From Lophium mytilinum (taxonomy: Eukaryota): 64,000 bases of DNA. Within the stretch, counting starts at the first letter, position 1; each line of letters opens with the position of its first letter. Location: positions 1,932,801 to 1,996,800 of the forward strand of contig MU004184.1 in NCBI GenBank assembly GCA_010093605.1. Reading direction: 5' to 3'. Positions 11,463 through 25,640 of the stretch are shown here, in pieces. A program made the translations under genes and the position numbers. The notes below the pieces were generated by a model. The model was not told the origin of the DNA. It was given only the letters and a program-made list of their open reading frames with translations, and did not search any database.

Positions 11463-12861
11463 CCTGGTACTGCCTAAGCAGTGGGAGGGGCGTTGATGGG
11501 ACTTTCCGGCATTGCGTTCGCACTTTCATTAGTTTCAGATTGTGCTCCCCTTATCTTGTCTGCATTCAATTTCATCACTCTACATTTCTGTCGTGCATAG
11601 CAATTAATAGAAAAATATCCAGTTTTCACAGTCCTACATGAGTCATACTATTGCCAGCAGATTGGTGCAAACCGCCAAAACCAAAACATACCCGTGCGTA
11701 GGCGTTCGACCAACCCAAAATTACGGAGTGGCAAGCAAGAGTATCTAGATCTTTAACCTTTCTTACACCTTCTTCCACGGAAAGTCATATCGTTCCTAAA
11801 CTAGCTACTTATGCCGGCTGTGGATCTTTAGCCTTGATGCACGACGTATTGATATCCCAGGCAGCCCTATACTTCTCCGGTCTTCCTTTCGCTTCAGCGC
11901 TCAATATACTCAGGCTACAAAGACCCTTGTAATGCAGTACATTACCTCTAAACTGCAACACGCATAAACATGCACACCTATGCAGCCTTAACATCACTTG
12001 TCTCAGCACCCATCTCGACCCAAAGGAAAAATCACTCAAACTCTCTCCACCCCAAGACTCCCTCACCTACCTACCCTAGCTCCAACTCCACCACACTCCA
12101 CCGCATGAATCGAGTCCCAAAAAGCCTATATCAGCCCAGCACCCCTGCCATACTCTACCCAACTCACCCAACCAACCACACCCCACCAACCCCTACCAGG
12201 CCCAAGGTACCCCCCGCATCGGAAACCAAAAAACGCGGCAGCTGCCGCCAGACTGGACGCGCCACTCCCTCGGTCCCCAGATCTAGTTTCCTCAATCCCC
12301 CGCATCGCCGCATCATCGCACCATCACGCATAGTAGCATAACCGCCTTGGTCGATGTATCATGCCAGCAGTCGTACCATCTCGCGAGCCACAAGCGGAGC
12401 CGCAGCTTTGGACCTTATTCCAACCGGTCTATACGGGATGCACGGGTGCTCCATCGATCGAGGTTCTGCTCCCGTATGTACAGTAATCAGCCTCAAACGC
12501 TCGGGGACACGGAAGGGGCAAAAATAAAACATTGTATCAATCTTAAATTGAGGAGAGACATGTTTCTCGCTATACGGGTTGTTCAGTCATGCTTAGCTGA
12601 CACGCCGCCACACGCGCATAAGTACACACGCGCACATCTTTCAAATCAAAGCCATGCAGCGCTTGTGTAGAACAAAGACAATGGACAGGTCTGGATCTCG
12701 TGGAGAAGCATGTCTCCGTCATAACATTTGTAATTCGAGTCGCGCGCGCGCTCTCTCTACTCTACTCTCTCGTATCTTAGGAATTCGGACGCTCGGATTG
12801 CAGGTACCATCCCTGGAAAGTGGTATACAGCTGGTGAATCCAATCGCCCCCCTTCCACGCA

Positions 12862-12879
12862 CTCTCTCTCTCTCTCTCT
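12862..12879. repeat. (CT)9 microsatellite
   Basis: ctctctctctctctctct; shorter CT and GC runs nearby. Confidence 0.8.
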
Positions 12880-13648
12880 GTCTCTATAATCATACACATA
12901 ATCGAAGTTTGACGTACATGAGGGAGTCTAACAGTCCCGGAAAATTCGTGTCTCACCCCCTCCCTCTCTCTCTTTCTCGCAAAACGTTTCCCTCGGAAAT
13001 AAAATGGAAATACACCCTAGTATACAAGGAATTGCGCCTGAAGAGTTTGCAGCCTAAAGAGCTGCGGAGTGACGCATATTCGTCCATGCTTCCCTGGCTC
13101 TATGATATCGAAATGCCCAACCTAGGCAGCCGGCTAAAATCCGTGGATGTTGGTCGTGGTTGGTGCGTGCGTAAGCGTCCGTGTCGAAGGAATGATTCCA
13201 AATGATCCGAATCCTAGAACGTCCACGAAGGAAGCAAGATGGGGGTCTCTGCTAGGCTCTATAGACCTTCAGCATCTCTTTCTGAAGGCCCGAAATACAA
13301 AATGAAAAAATGACTCAAGTGATCTCTCTCAAATTTTGCCAATGTTGGTAGTCCGATCGGTCGATCTGTCTGTCGACGAGGTTTTCCGTAAAGTCTCCCA
13401 GTAATCCCCCTGCGCCGTGATGCGCCAAATACAATCCCAGGAATGCGCCGTGTCGCCCATAGTTCTTCTCTTATCCCAGCTCCCCCTGCGTAAATCGAAC
13501 TCGCTCGTATAATTTCGCGAAATGCAAACGGACAGTAAAACAGCTTTTGCCAAAGCTCGAATCTCCAAAAGAACGCCTGTAGTAATGTTCCTGTTTAAAG
13601 ATTCTTCGTGAATCGCGCTTCATCTATTGATTCGACCGGTGATTGAAG

Positions 13649-15081
13649 CTATGGTCCTGAATAAAAGGTAGGGGGTTGGTTGGCGTATTGCATTGGTGGG
13701 CCAGCCTCTTCCTCTACATGTCCGAGATGTGATGGCTCCGCGTACCAGGGGCCACCCATTGGACGCCCGTGGGGTGAATAGTCATGGCCGGAGCTATGGA
13801 GTGTGTAGGGGCTCCAATTTTGAGGCGAATATCCGTAGTTGTGAGTAGTGTGGGCGAGTAGGGGTGCTGAAAGCGGTGCAGTGGTATCGGCGTGAGTACC
13901 TTGCGCATGTCCAGCACTGGTATCTATTGAAGGCGGATAATTGTAGGGCGATGCTCGGCCGCGGTAGTCTTGCTGAGACACAAGATGCGGATTATGGAAT
14001 TGCGGCGGTACTCCCTCAATGTGACCATAAGACACTGACCGTGCAGGCTGCACTGATACGGGCTGAGCCCAGCCCTGGGCATCATGAGGCGCGCCGTAAG
14101 ACATATTCGATGTTGTGCTCATGGTAGCTGGGGTTTGTCCGCCGGACATGTTCGAGTCGCTGCCATAGGTAGACGGGGCTGTGGATGGGGAAGCTCTCCA
14201 GTAACTAGCCGAAGATGGTGTCTCATCAGGAACAGATGAGGGAGGTACGAAGCCCGGAGGAGGCCATTGATTGTCCATCTGGTGCGAATAAGGGAACGTG
14301 TGTGACCGTAAAGGCACTGTACTTTTGGTCAGCGGAATTGCAGATCTGATTATGGATGCCCAACATACCTCCGCTGGGATTTGAAGCACTATTGGAATCA
14401 ACGTCAATGCCGGGTTGCATTCTAAACCCTGCGCTAGCCGGGTTTGGCGAAATGGTGGTGAAGGGTCGATATTCGTCGACTTGCTCGCTTCTCGATCCAG
14501 CGGCGCGAGGAGACGAAGGAGTCGACGCAGATGGTGCTATAGCGCCATCCTCCACTTTTGCGAGGGGTTGCGGTCTTGAATCTGATGGATTTGTCTGTTC
14601 AACAGGGTAGAAGTTGCAATCCTTCTTCAACCGGATGCAATTCGAACAACGCCCATTAGGATCGTCATTGTTCAGCAAACACCGTATTTTCCTCCGACGG
14701 CAGTGAGCTATAAGATTCGTGTTAGTCGTCGCAGTACACAAAAGGTTTGGCGCAAGAATGCACCCGGTGTGGCTTACTGCAAGCAACAGATGTTCGATGG
14801 TATCCAAGCTTGTTTCTACGTTTGTCCGAGTTAGGCGACAGCTCCCCAGAGTTCGCCAAAGCCAGGTTGTGCATGTGAGGTGTTGACGAAGAGCGGCGAA
14901 TCTCTGGGAGAGTTTTGCCTTTCGACGTCCTCTTCTTCTTGTTTGAGTGCGAGCGGGAGGCTGAAGTGGTAGACGGTCCAGAATCTGCGGCCCTTGAACG
15001 ATCTGCAAAACCTGGTCCAGGTATGGCTTTTGTCTCGGGGATCCCGATTCCAGAAGGCAGTCCAAGAGGATCGTAGGACAT
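13649..15081 (-). CDS. Zn(II)2Cys6 transcription factor (2 introns)
   Basis: Spliced cluster RTSVACTHCRRRKIRC...CSNCIRLKKDC across intron 14777-14708; disordered P/S/Q-rich C-terminus; an in-frame upstream ATG near 15165 is an alternative start. Confidence 0.9.
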
Positions 15082-18000
15082 TTGGATGCTAAGGTCGGAG
15101 AGGATCAGGCTATGGGTTTCGACTCTGGAATGCTTCGTCGATCGGTCTGCTACTCCGACAGCCATATGAAAGAGTTTTACCGTGGTAGTTCCCCGATGGC
15201 GAAACACGGAGGATGCCGGCGCATTGAGTCCGGCGTTGGTGTTGGTGGTAGAAGATGACGGCGTACCACGCTGGAGGTTGCAGAATTGGTATTGTAGAAG
15301 AGATAGAGAAGCGCAGAGTTCGAAGTTCGCAGACGTTGGAGCTCGCACTACGTAGGTAGATCTGTTCTACGGCGGGAGTTGCAGGCGGGGGCGGTTGCGG
15401 GCGATCAACCAGGCCACGGGAGTTTAAGGCGCGCTCAATGCAGGTGGAAAACCGACAGCTAGGGCCACGACGGCGAGGTACCGGGTCCAACTCCTCGAAG
15501 AGCAACAAAAATCCAGAGTCCACGAGGCCAGGCGAAGAGACGTCAGCTTAGCTTACCAGGAGGCAGGAGTGGGGACCTGGGCCACTCATCAGGGATCCCA
15601 ATGTGCACGCCTGCGAAAAAAAGCAATCGCAGGAGCAGAACAGTGTGCCCATTGCAGTAGTCGTGAAAAGATAATAAAGTGGCGACTGGACTCTGGTCCC
15701 ATCCTTCATCCTGGCAGCGTGGCTCCAGGACCTGTGGGCGTGTGCGAGGAAGCCAGATTGGCCTGCGACCCTTGCTGCTGGGCTTGCAGCGAAGCTGATC
15801 TTGCTCGAGGGGGCAGGAGGTCTAGACGATCCCTGGAGACTGGTGGCCCCGTTGGCAGCCAACTGATGTGCGGGATGGATGTGCGCCAGCACGCTCCACA
15901 CCCCCCTCGCCGTGGACCGTGCCTCGAGGCTCCATCCATGATGCTTTTCTGTCGCAGCCAGGCCCACTCTTCGACGCCAACCCGGCCCAGCGCGCCGTCT
16001 GCTGCGCCTCATCGTCAGAGGCTGGTGCCGACTGCTGCAGCCATGGCAGCGAGCGAGAGGCCGCTCAAACGGTGCAGCGTCTCCAGTCTCAGCCCCCCCG
16101 CGGCGCCTTGTCCAGGGACGGCCACCTGCTGCCAGCTGGCATCAGATCGTGCTGGCCGCGCTAGGGCCGCATGCACTTTGGGCCCGCGAATAATGGGAAT
16201 TCAAACCGCCGACAGGGAGCCCAGGCATCGGGCATTTGGCTGATCGTAGGAAGCCACGCGCGCCTAGCGGACCAGCAACATCTGCAATTCGTGAAGCCGT
16301 CGATGCCCTGACGCCGGAGCAGAGAGGCGTTTTGATACGTCCAGAGGGACGACGAGAGGCTCCTTTTGGAATCTTATTGCTTTTGGCGTCGCACCGTATT
16401 TCCGCGTGAACAGAGCCCCGACAGGATAAGAACGCAGGCCCCCTTGATCCCCGGCGCTGGCTGCTGAGTGGCAGCAGTTATCCGAGGCTGCTGGCCAGCG
16501 TCGCCGGCGTGTCGCCTTCATCCTCGCACGGCGTCCTGCGACAACGTGGCGTCGAGGTCGTGCGGTGTGTCGTCCATGGTGCAACCCTTTCTCCACACTC
16601 CTCATCTCGGTTCTGACGATCACCGGCTTGGTCACGGCTCCACTTGGCACGCCCAAGTGCATGAGCGTGGCAGGGTTCCACTGCTCCGGGGCGCGGGACG
16701 TGCTGCCTTGGATCTCGTGCATGCATGACGTTCGCATGAACGCTGCGATGCAATCTGTTGGGCCGCGTGCTCGACGAAGCACAGTGGATCCCACCAATCG
16801 CTTCCCTGCATATCCGCCTGTCAGGAGTAGGAGAATTAAGTGGCACCACAACCGCAACCCCGACACAGTGTGCAGGTCCTGCTCTTAAAACCCAGCGAGT
16901 GAGCTGACCGCCACCGCTCCGCTCCGCTCCGTCAACGTGTTGCGCGCGCCTGCACATGCACGACACCAGTAGTGGCCCGTCCGCTTGCGATTGGATAAGC
17001 ATGCTTCCTTTTTGGCACCGCCGACGATTTGCCAAGTTCAGAGCATCCCACGTCGATGACATCGGCCTAGTGCGATGCAGCTGCCTGCAGCTATGTAGCG
17101 GAATTGTACCTCCTGGACGTTGCAGACGCATGCGCGCCAACGCTTCTGCATGTTTCTAGTTGTGGTCTTTAGCGCGGCTATACACACTTAGCGAGCTCTT
17201 GACTCGGTAGCGGTATCAAAAGCGTACCGGGTTCTCGGGGCTTGTTGCGATGCGTGCTGGGCCGGATTTCTTGTCCGGAACCTGCCATGATGTGAAGAGC
17301 TGCTCCCACTCTCGCGCCATTCCGCATCGCAATCTGAAACATAGGCGGCGGGCCGATCGATCCCGAATCTCACGCCCAGTCCCAGAATCAGGGTCATCAG
17401 ACGTAAATCCCCGAGGCCGTCGGCGAGGCTGGTCACAGTGAAGGATCCGACGAACCAAGGCGTGAGAGCGATTAATTGCTGGCAGCTGCAAACGTTGCAC
17501 GCAACATCCGGAAGGAAGATCGGAACATGTGATAAGATGCCTCGGAGCGCATGGTGGAGTGCCTAGGTAATGTGCCATCGCTGACATCGGTGCTGGAAGA
17601 GCAGCTGTCTAGAGTCGCGGAGGCGGTGTTCGCATCGTCTTCCATACCCGGCGCTCTCTACCCCCTCAACCCTCGTAGAGTACAGGCATGCTACTTAAGC
17701 TTCAGCCCGCGGCCGGCGGAAGCAATACGGTGACAGGACTAGCGTGGCCATGGCGCCAGAAATATGCTGGACAACGACGTTACACCTTCCGCACTCAGTC
17801 AATTCCCGACAGCGCGTCTGACGTCCTTTCGCTTCTTGAGTTAATCCAGACTGCACATGTCTCGTCTCTTGGTGATGTCCTAACGTGTCATAGCGTTACG
17901 TTACATGCAAACTCTGCAGTGCCTTTGCTCTTTCTGGATCGTCGTCCCCGAACATGTCTTGCCGTCGGTGTCCGCCAATTTGCGAGCTTGTCTGATCGGT

Positions 18001-20484
18001 GAGCACCTTCTGACTGGCTTCGCTGCGGCTTTTAGCGGGCCAATAACGGGTGGGGGTTCGTATTGGTATCGCGAAACTAACTGCTGCGACATTCTGAAAT
18101 AGGCTCATTAGCAGACGCTATCTCGGGGCAGAGGGCTTCCATGGCAGGCAGGTAGGAGTAGCAGATTACCCCAGAATATTGGAAGAATATTAGCAGGGTG
18201 GGGGTTCGAAGGCTAGCTGAAGCAAAAAGCGACCTCGATGAGTTGACGTTGCGTGCGGATCTGCGCCTCCTGAACATTGGGCTGATCACGTGCCGTTCTT
18301 TGCAATTTGCTTGAAACACTTCACACATCATGAACGATCCAAGAGGCGTAATATGGAACACAATCTGGTTTGAATAAAACTTCATGGAAGCCGAGCATGC
18401 TGCGCTAGAGTGTGCGCAACGAATGTAGGGTTACTGAGACGCCACGCAGAGAATTGCTCAAAGATCACCACCTTCCTGTGCATTCAGAAGAAAGAAATAG
18501 GACGCTAACGAACCTCCAAAAGCTCATCTTCAGTTGTCAGCTTAGACTAACAATGTGATTGGTTTCTTGATAAAACCTCTCCAGCAGGCCCGGGATCAAA
18601 GTATGCACATATCTCGCTTCTGTCAGGAGCCTAACTTTTCGTTCAACGCGCAAAGCCATCATGAAGGGGTCTTTTCCATCTCAATCGTTGAACGAGCTCT
18701 CTGAATTCTGGTTATCAAGAAAGCCTGTTGTTGATCCCAAAGATCCACAGGCATCATGATTACACACAACAAGCTTCCCATACACGCATTCTTCCGCACC
18801 GGAAGGGTTGCCCCGGTCGAACGACACGCTCATTTGGGTATATCACACGATCCTTCAAAAGAGCCCGTTACCTTCATCGCCCTCGCCGAGCTATAGGATC
18901 ACAACGTCCAGCATAATCCCCGTCCAACGGTCGCACGTCCCGATTCTCCGCGCGACTCCACCACCACGAGGCGCATGGCGCACACCGGCAGGGATATTCC
19001 TTTAGAAAACCCCCCTATCCAGCGCTTCCGATTACGCCCGCTGACCAACTGCACCTCCACGAAGTGCACAGGAAGGATCCCAACGCTCAAAAGTTCCACT
19101 TCCCCGCCACGGAGCCCCCGGAGAGCTCATCCGCCAGGCTGCTCGATTCAGTTGCGGCGTCAAGTTCGACCCGAGGGGTTTTGCGGGCTGGGAAAGCCCC
19201 TGTTGGTTGAGGCTGACCGTGACTCGGAGCACGCCATATAGCAATCACTTGCAACCTTTAGAATGAACGCCACACACGGACTTTCTCAGACGTTGCTTTT
19301 CATTGTTAAAATAAGCTGGCCTGAGCGCTATATGTAACGTTAGCAGGAAGTCTGCCTTGTTGGACTCCGATCTCTTCGGCAAAGAGATCTGAAGCCATTG
19401 TGAGAGATGAATCTGAATGATCACGCCTCAATATTGTCCGAGCTCTGGCGAAACGCTTCACCACATCCTTCTCAACTTTTCATTTCTTTAAAATCATTTC
19501 GAATGTCGGCGAAAGAATGACAGCATACAAGATAGTTTTATACATATCCATGAGTCTGTAAGGTGCTCGGCTGCTTCGCTGGATATTATCAAGACGCGGG
19601 TGCCATTCGCGAAACTTTTTTCGCTGAACATAATGTCTCAGAAGGACACCGCTTACACATGAAATAAGACCACGAGGACATAAGCGGTAACATTCTCACA
19701 CTGCGCATCCCATGACGTTTTCTACCCTTGGCAGGTCATGTGTCTGGGCACCGGAACACACCTCTATTTGGGTACCTTTCTTGGGTGCTAAACTAGAATC
19801 GCTCCCTAAAACCTCGAACTCAAGCCCGCCAAGCTCTACAGACTTCCCTAATCGTCAAAATCTCACGGGGGTTGGTGCATGCAATGGTAAACCTGCGAGC
19901 GTACAATCTTCTCGAAAGACGTTGTCTTTCTCACCGCTATTCTGCACGACGCGCTGATGAGGATGAAAATGAAGCAAATAGAAGAACCCCATCACACAAG
20001 ACCAACTGAGCGTTTGTGTACGTAGAAGAAATTCAAAGTAGGTCGTCTAATATTTAGGTCATTCGTAACCATACGTATATTACACGTGTACAAGTGTAGC
20101 CAACCGCGCCAATCCAGTTCCAACACCTAGTAGATATTTCTCCGACCCGGGCTCCACTGCCTAGGTGTCAAAATTCCGTCGTCTTGATAGAGCAACAGCA
20201 ATGAAAGTCCAGAAGGAATCAGGGTCGTAAGAGCTAGGGTATCTTCGTATCTTTCATCCGATGACTGAAAATGCCTTCCCCACAAAGAAACGCCAAAGAA
20301 AAATCATGCGCCTCCCAAAAACAAAATATACGCAGCCAGAAATGAGCTGCGCGTGCCGAAGTAAGGGTAATGTCTCGGAAGCTCGTTCGTGTCATCCGGA
20401 ATCGGGGCCGTCCCAAAGGGCCGGGTTTCCCCAAATTCAACATCAAACTCCCCACTTCGAGAGCCTCCAGCTACCAGCATCTCC

Positions 20485-21653
20485 CTACGACACAGCGGCT
20501 GCTGCGACGAGGCAGTCTATTCCGGAGCTCTGGCTCGGGGCCGTGACATCCACGAAGGGCCCCTGCCAGTGCGGACCCACCACACCGCCACTCTGATCGT
20601 TCTTCCACAGCGAGTTGGCGCTCGTCTTGATGACCGTCGTATACGCATCCTTATGTGAAGCCTTCTCCAAGATAGCAAGGTTCCGAACAAAGATGCCCTT
20701 GAACTGGGCCAAGTTGTTATCTTCGTCAACACCGCCGAACTCAGTCAAGACGTTGCCATCCCCGTTCGCGAAATGCGCGAGGGCGCCAGCGGCGAGCTTG
20801 TGGGCTTCGTCGATCCAGGAAGACTCTCCCGTAGCTTTGTTCAACTCGACCAAGCCGCCCAGGATGACGCCTTGGTTGTAGGTGAAGAAGGGGCTGTCGT
20901 CGTGCGCCTTGCAGGTGGTGTCGACCCCGTCGTGGATGGTGTTGTTGGGAGCTATGACACCGATGTCTGAGAACCAACTCCACGTGGCACGTGCCCATGA
21001 TAGGGCGGCGTCTTTCTGGTCGGGCACGCGGTTGGCGAGGTGGGCGGCGACGGAGAGGAAGAGCTCGTTGGCGATGGATACGACGGCTTGCTTGTCTTTA
21101 CTCCACCAAATTCCGCCGTTGCACGGCGTAGTCCATCCTGTGGTCATGTCGTCAAAGATGGTGACGGCAGAGTCGAGATAATCGTTGTTTCCAGTGAGAT
21201 CGTACGCAGCGATCAAGGCGAGAGCCCACCAGCCTTCGTCGTCGTAGAAGTTGTTGAGGAAAGTCGTGCTTGTTACGCCTGGGTTGTGGTTGGGTGCTTT
21301 GGCGTAGGTGTTGGTGATAAGGTCTTGCGCGGTCGGCTTCCAGGAATCGTCAACCAAGGCGAAGTTGATGACTGCTGTCAGAGTGTTTGCACTGTTTCAC
21401 GTTAGGGAGGTGAAAAGCCGTGGTGCTGGGGCTGCTGTACCTGTTCCACCATAGACCATCCCTGGAGCTATATCAGTGATGTTTCTTGTCAGAAGAAGCT
21501 AGTTCCTTACCAGAGACCAGTAGTAGTGTTGTACCACTTATCGTTCATTGCCTTGATGGCAGTCTCAGCGTTATCAGCATAGCTCGAAGTAGCTGTCACG
21601 AGCGATGGGCTGTATAGGAACAGAAGTGGTAGAGCTGAAGCTAAGTACTTCAT
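20485..21653 (-). CDS. Secreted glycoside hydrolase family 76 (alpha-1,6-mannanase-like)
   Basis: Signal peptide; WWNSAN, catalytic FYDDEGWW, CNGGIWW, TYNQGVILGGL, FKGIFVRNL; introns 21510-21462 and 21440-21392. Confidence 0.92.
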
Positions 21654-24006
21654 GGTGGGGTTGAGATGGGGGAGGAGCTGGCTTTAAAATATCTTGATAA
21701 TTTCGAGCAATATAGATAATTCAAGACCACGAGAATAGTAGTAGGATCTTTGTTGAGCAACTGAGGAACAGAAAAGAAGAAGATACAGAAGCCTTATAGC
21801 TATCGAGTGTGACAACAGTTGCGCAGCCAGCAGACTTACTCCGGTGCCTGCCGCACAGCACAGGTGTGACTTAGCCATGATTGCTGGCTGTGTATCAAGC
21901 ATGACCTTGAAACGGCTATACACAAGAAACTTGCTTAGCACTAGAAGAGGTGTGTGTTCCTCTCCTCCTACAGGTCAATGAAGCCTACGGCATTAAGATA
22001 ACAGGGGTAGCTTCGGCAAGCGCTCGGATAGGCGCCCGAGAAGGAAGAGGCTCAGGCACAGTAAGACCAGGAATGCTTTGGGCGGCCGAGTAAGGCCTCT
22101 CGCCCTGCGCCGCCTTCATATTTTGGCCAACAAGCTGCTGTCAGACACCGCGGGCAACCGAGATGGCCACAAGGTGAAATTGCGATATCGGCAGTACCTT
22201 GAGCCATATCACAAGAACTGCAGGCATAAAAGCGGGTCTGAACATACTGGAGTACCTTGTATGAGAGGGTTGGCGGTGAGGTTGCTGAAACCAGGAGCAA
22301 GCTGTCGTGGATCGAAGACGGCCAGTCGTGTTGTTTTCACGCCCCTTCCCGAGGCCTGGGCCGGGGCCTTCTTACTGGCTACCGAGCCAGGGACAAGCCT
22401 TCGCCCAGCCTCACTGCCGGGAGATCCAAGCGGGGAGCAATAAGGTCGTACACGTCGTGTGGCAACCCTCAGCCTGAACCTTGGGATTTGGCCCCAGCTT
22501 ACTTCATAGCCGGTCCTTATTGCGGCTCCTAAGCGTTCAGCATTGCCCGCCCGTCACGTTGTGATGACTTCGCCTCTTTAGGGCCCTCAGGCGTGCTGCC
22601 GCCTTACATGAACGCATTCAGATCAGCCCTACACATGCTACTGTGCTTACCACGTTCTCAAGTCCGGCGGATCATGCTTTCGTACTCCGCCCATGTTCGC
22701 CTCCGGATCTTCGGTGTTCTATTCTGGGCCTCTTTCACGGGAGGATCATTACGATCCACCATTCCCTACTACAAGTCGACTACTCACATTTTAGATCCAC
22801 GCGAATAAAGAGGCTGGAACCCAATAGCGAACCTGCAAGTAGTCTTCAGTGCTCGTATGAATGCCACTCGAAAGGCATAGCTATGCAGACATCTCGTGTC
22901 GTAGAGCCAAGTGCATTTCCATATATTCTATTCAAAAGGCGCAAGTAGCAATCAGTGCTCGTAAAAATACCCCGGAATAGCATGACTGTGCAGACATCCG
23001 GTCTCGTAAACCAGTTGCGTTTCCATATGTTCAAGATGCGAATCCTATCCCCTGAATGATTCCCTTTTCGAGATAATCAATAAATAGTATCTTTCTTCAG
23101 GTACTCCATCGATCACTACAAGTTGGTATGACTGCTCTGTCCAATCGTCCGAGTGATATATACATGTTCTCGAGTAACTCGCACTACGTCTCCTTTTTCG
23201 TGAGCTGGACTAGGTTTAGCATGATGCATCACTTTTCTAGTGTGCATCAACTCTATCATCTTTCGGTACGGTTCAAGCCCGTGCAAACTCTCACGAAACC
23301 CTGCAAACACAACAACAGATAAATCGAGTGGTCATTGCAAAGGAAGTCGTGTTCCTGACTTTGAAAAGCATCGTTGCCCTATGGAAACCAGTGTGTACGA
23401 GGTTTGCACAGCACACAAACGTCGGTCCTCAAGGTCTACTGCTCTCCAAGATTCAATTGCATCAATACCTCACCTCATATAGCACCTCAGTTTCTGTCAC
23501 AATCTACTTCGGCTTAGGTAGTAGAGCCTCTCCTCTCGTATAAAACACCTACTTCCACGCCGTAGGATAGGTTCACCCTCCTTCCTTCTTCTTCATTATA
23601 TTCATCCTCCAAAGAAAACTTCTCTCTTAGTCAACCACTTCAAGGGCAGCTCACGTGGCATTGTTTGCGGCTCGATATCAGATCATTGAAGAGTCCCTCT
23701 ATCGATCCTACAGACGCTCTCTTCTTCAGCCGTCTTGACACCTCCAGGCCTCCTCCGTCCTGACAACCCATCCATCAAAAGCACTCTCTCGGCATCTCGA
23801 ATCCGCCTCTCCATCGATCGTATTGACAAGCCCGCCCTCAATCACAGCCTCGATTTCCCCAGACACGAAGGGCTCTTTTCAGAAAACACGACTCGTCCGA
23901 ACTCCTAACCTATTTCTCACCTTATCTGCTCTGATCTGGTAGGTGATCTGCTCATAACGTTACATTTCAGCCCGTCTAATCTTACAACAGTCACAAAACC
24001 ACCACA

Positions 24007-24408
24007 ATGCCATCCCCAATGGCCCCCGCTCACTTCGTTCCGGGCGTTCGCAAGCAGAAGAACACTATCCCAGAGAGGATCATGGGCAAGCTTGCCAAAA
24101 GCTATTCCATGGACGATATCAAGAGAGTGCTCCAACACTTTGACGTTCCATATGGCCACACCAACCGCTCCGACAAGCATTCCCTGCTGCTGAAGCTCGC
24201 TATGCTCGAACGCACCAAGTACGTGACGCCGGGGGAAAGGCTTGCGATCTTGAAGATGCCGCTTGATTACAGATTCCCGGTGAGATTCCAAGAGCTCGAC
24301 CTCGAGGGGGAATTCCAGGCCTCAGCATACCCCAATGGAGTCGATCCCGCTGAACTTTCTCAGTCCAAGGAGAGAGCCCCGAAACTCAAACCTCAGTCAC
24401 GTGCTTGA
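24007..24408 (+). CDS. Hypothetical protein, 133 aa
   Basis: Single ORF with CACAATG start context and coding-like codon use; no recognisable domain. Confidence 0.5.
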   Translation: MPSPMAPAHFVPGVRKQKNTIPERIMGKLAKSYSMDDIKRVLQHFDVPYGHTNRSDKHSLLLKLAMLERTKYVTPGERLAILKMPLDYRFPVRFQELDLEGEFQASAYPNGVDPAELSQSKERAPKLKPQSRA

Positions 24409-25267
24409 TCTCACGGCTAGTCCTCGCTGCACGACAACAGACTAGACTCAACCGCCTCTTGAGCTTAGCCAACCGAAGACCGCTATCGATTCACTCTTCA
24501 CTTCCGTCTTCTCAAATACATCTTCCCAACAGTTGAAGTCAGCATCTTCTACCTGAATACTCATGATCTCTGGTCTACCACTCTCCACCAACACGAGTCC
24601 ATATGGCATCGGCCTCACAGGTTCTCCTGACCTGCCTCTTCCATAAATCCTAGCTTGGCATGTCGGTATCTCGGAATAACGGCAAATAACTGAATTTCGG
24701 CGGATTTGATCTTGCAACTTCTCCCTTCTACACAAAAGCAACCTTGCGATTTCAACTTTGCCTTCTATTTCTCTTCCGAAGACGCCGCTGGAGCTATACA
24801 TGGCGCTCCGGGACGAGGCGTTCGACGAGCACACGGGAGCACGGCCTCTCATCCATTCCACAGGGCCTTTGTCATCTTTCTGCATTCGAATTTCTTGAAT
24901 TTACATTCCCCGGCCTTGCGATGGCGTTATCAGAAATGTGACTACATGGAATCGTGCGAAGCGGATCACCTTCTGCTCAACCTTTCCACCTTCCTTGCTT
25001 TCTAAAACATCAATCAGACATCAACGTACAGATCGATCTCCGCTGGTGATGACAATGGTGAATCATAGGCAATCTGTGAAAAAAGTTCCTCCTTGCTGAC
25101 GGAGAACAAGAAAACTAGGAGAGTGGACACCAGGAACGCTATAAATGACTAGAACTGTAACCTTCATGACCTTCTAGTTCTCGGCTGCGTCGGTAATCTA
25201 TTGTTTCTCAACTGTATGTCATGTGTCACATGTTAGCGCACTCAGGCATGAATAGAATTAGCATGAA

Positions 25268-25520
25268 TGACGTAGCCAGCAGGGGCTGGTTCTGCCGTGA
25301 CGATGGTGGGAAATCGCGTTTGCCATGCTATCTAGCCATAGCCAATCACGATGTGCATGAAAGCGCGAACCGGATCCACGGCGAGCAAATTGGAAGGCCC
25401 TAGATCGAAAGCGACCCCGCGAGACTTGAGCGGCGGGCAGGTGTGGCGTAGTGGGGCACCAACAAACAAAAGAGGAAGTGACGTAGGGTTGCCAGCTGCC
25501 TGCGACCACCTTTTATAAAA
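25268..25520 (+). promoter_or_regulatory. Stress-type promoter of the Hsp12 gene
   Basis: Two CRE/ATF-like TGACGTA (25268, 25479), STRE AGGGG (25281), TATAAAA at about 25514. Confidence 0.55.
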
Positions 25521-25640
25521 CGTCCTCCTCAGCTGCTCACTCACTCTTCTTCATCCAACCAACTCACTGCCCAACTTCAACTCCACTTCAAAAAACTCAA
25601 CCCCCAAACAAAGTCTCCCCAAACAACAACTCCATACACC

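Noticed and set aside
11809..12341. Possible small spliced gene downstream of the dynamin
   Set aside because: Could not build a consistent exon chain; low-complexity sequence
15548..17587. Many overlapping 100-220 aa ORFs
   Set aside because: Arg/Ala/Pro-rich products on both strands, typical of GC-rich non-coding DNA
18426..18433. TAGGGTTA as a possible telomerase RNA template (minus strand TAACCCTA)
   Set aside because: Only 8 nt, expected by chance in 64 kb; no pseudoknot or other telomerase RNA element recognised
19954..19968. CTGATGA...GAAA hammerhead-like core
   Set aside because: No stem II can form between the two boxes
22846..23480. Short minus-strand ORFs as a gene relic
   Set aside because: Fragmented with no recognisable family
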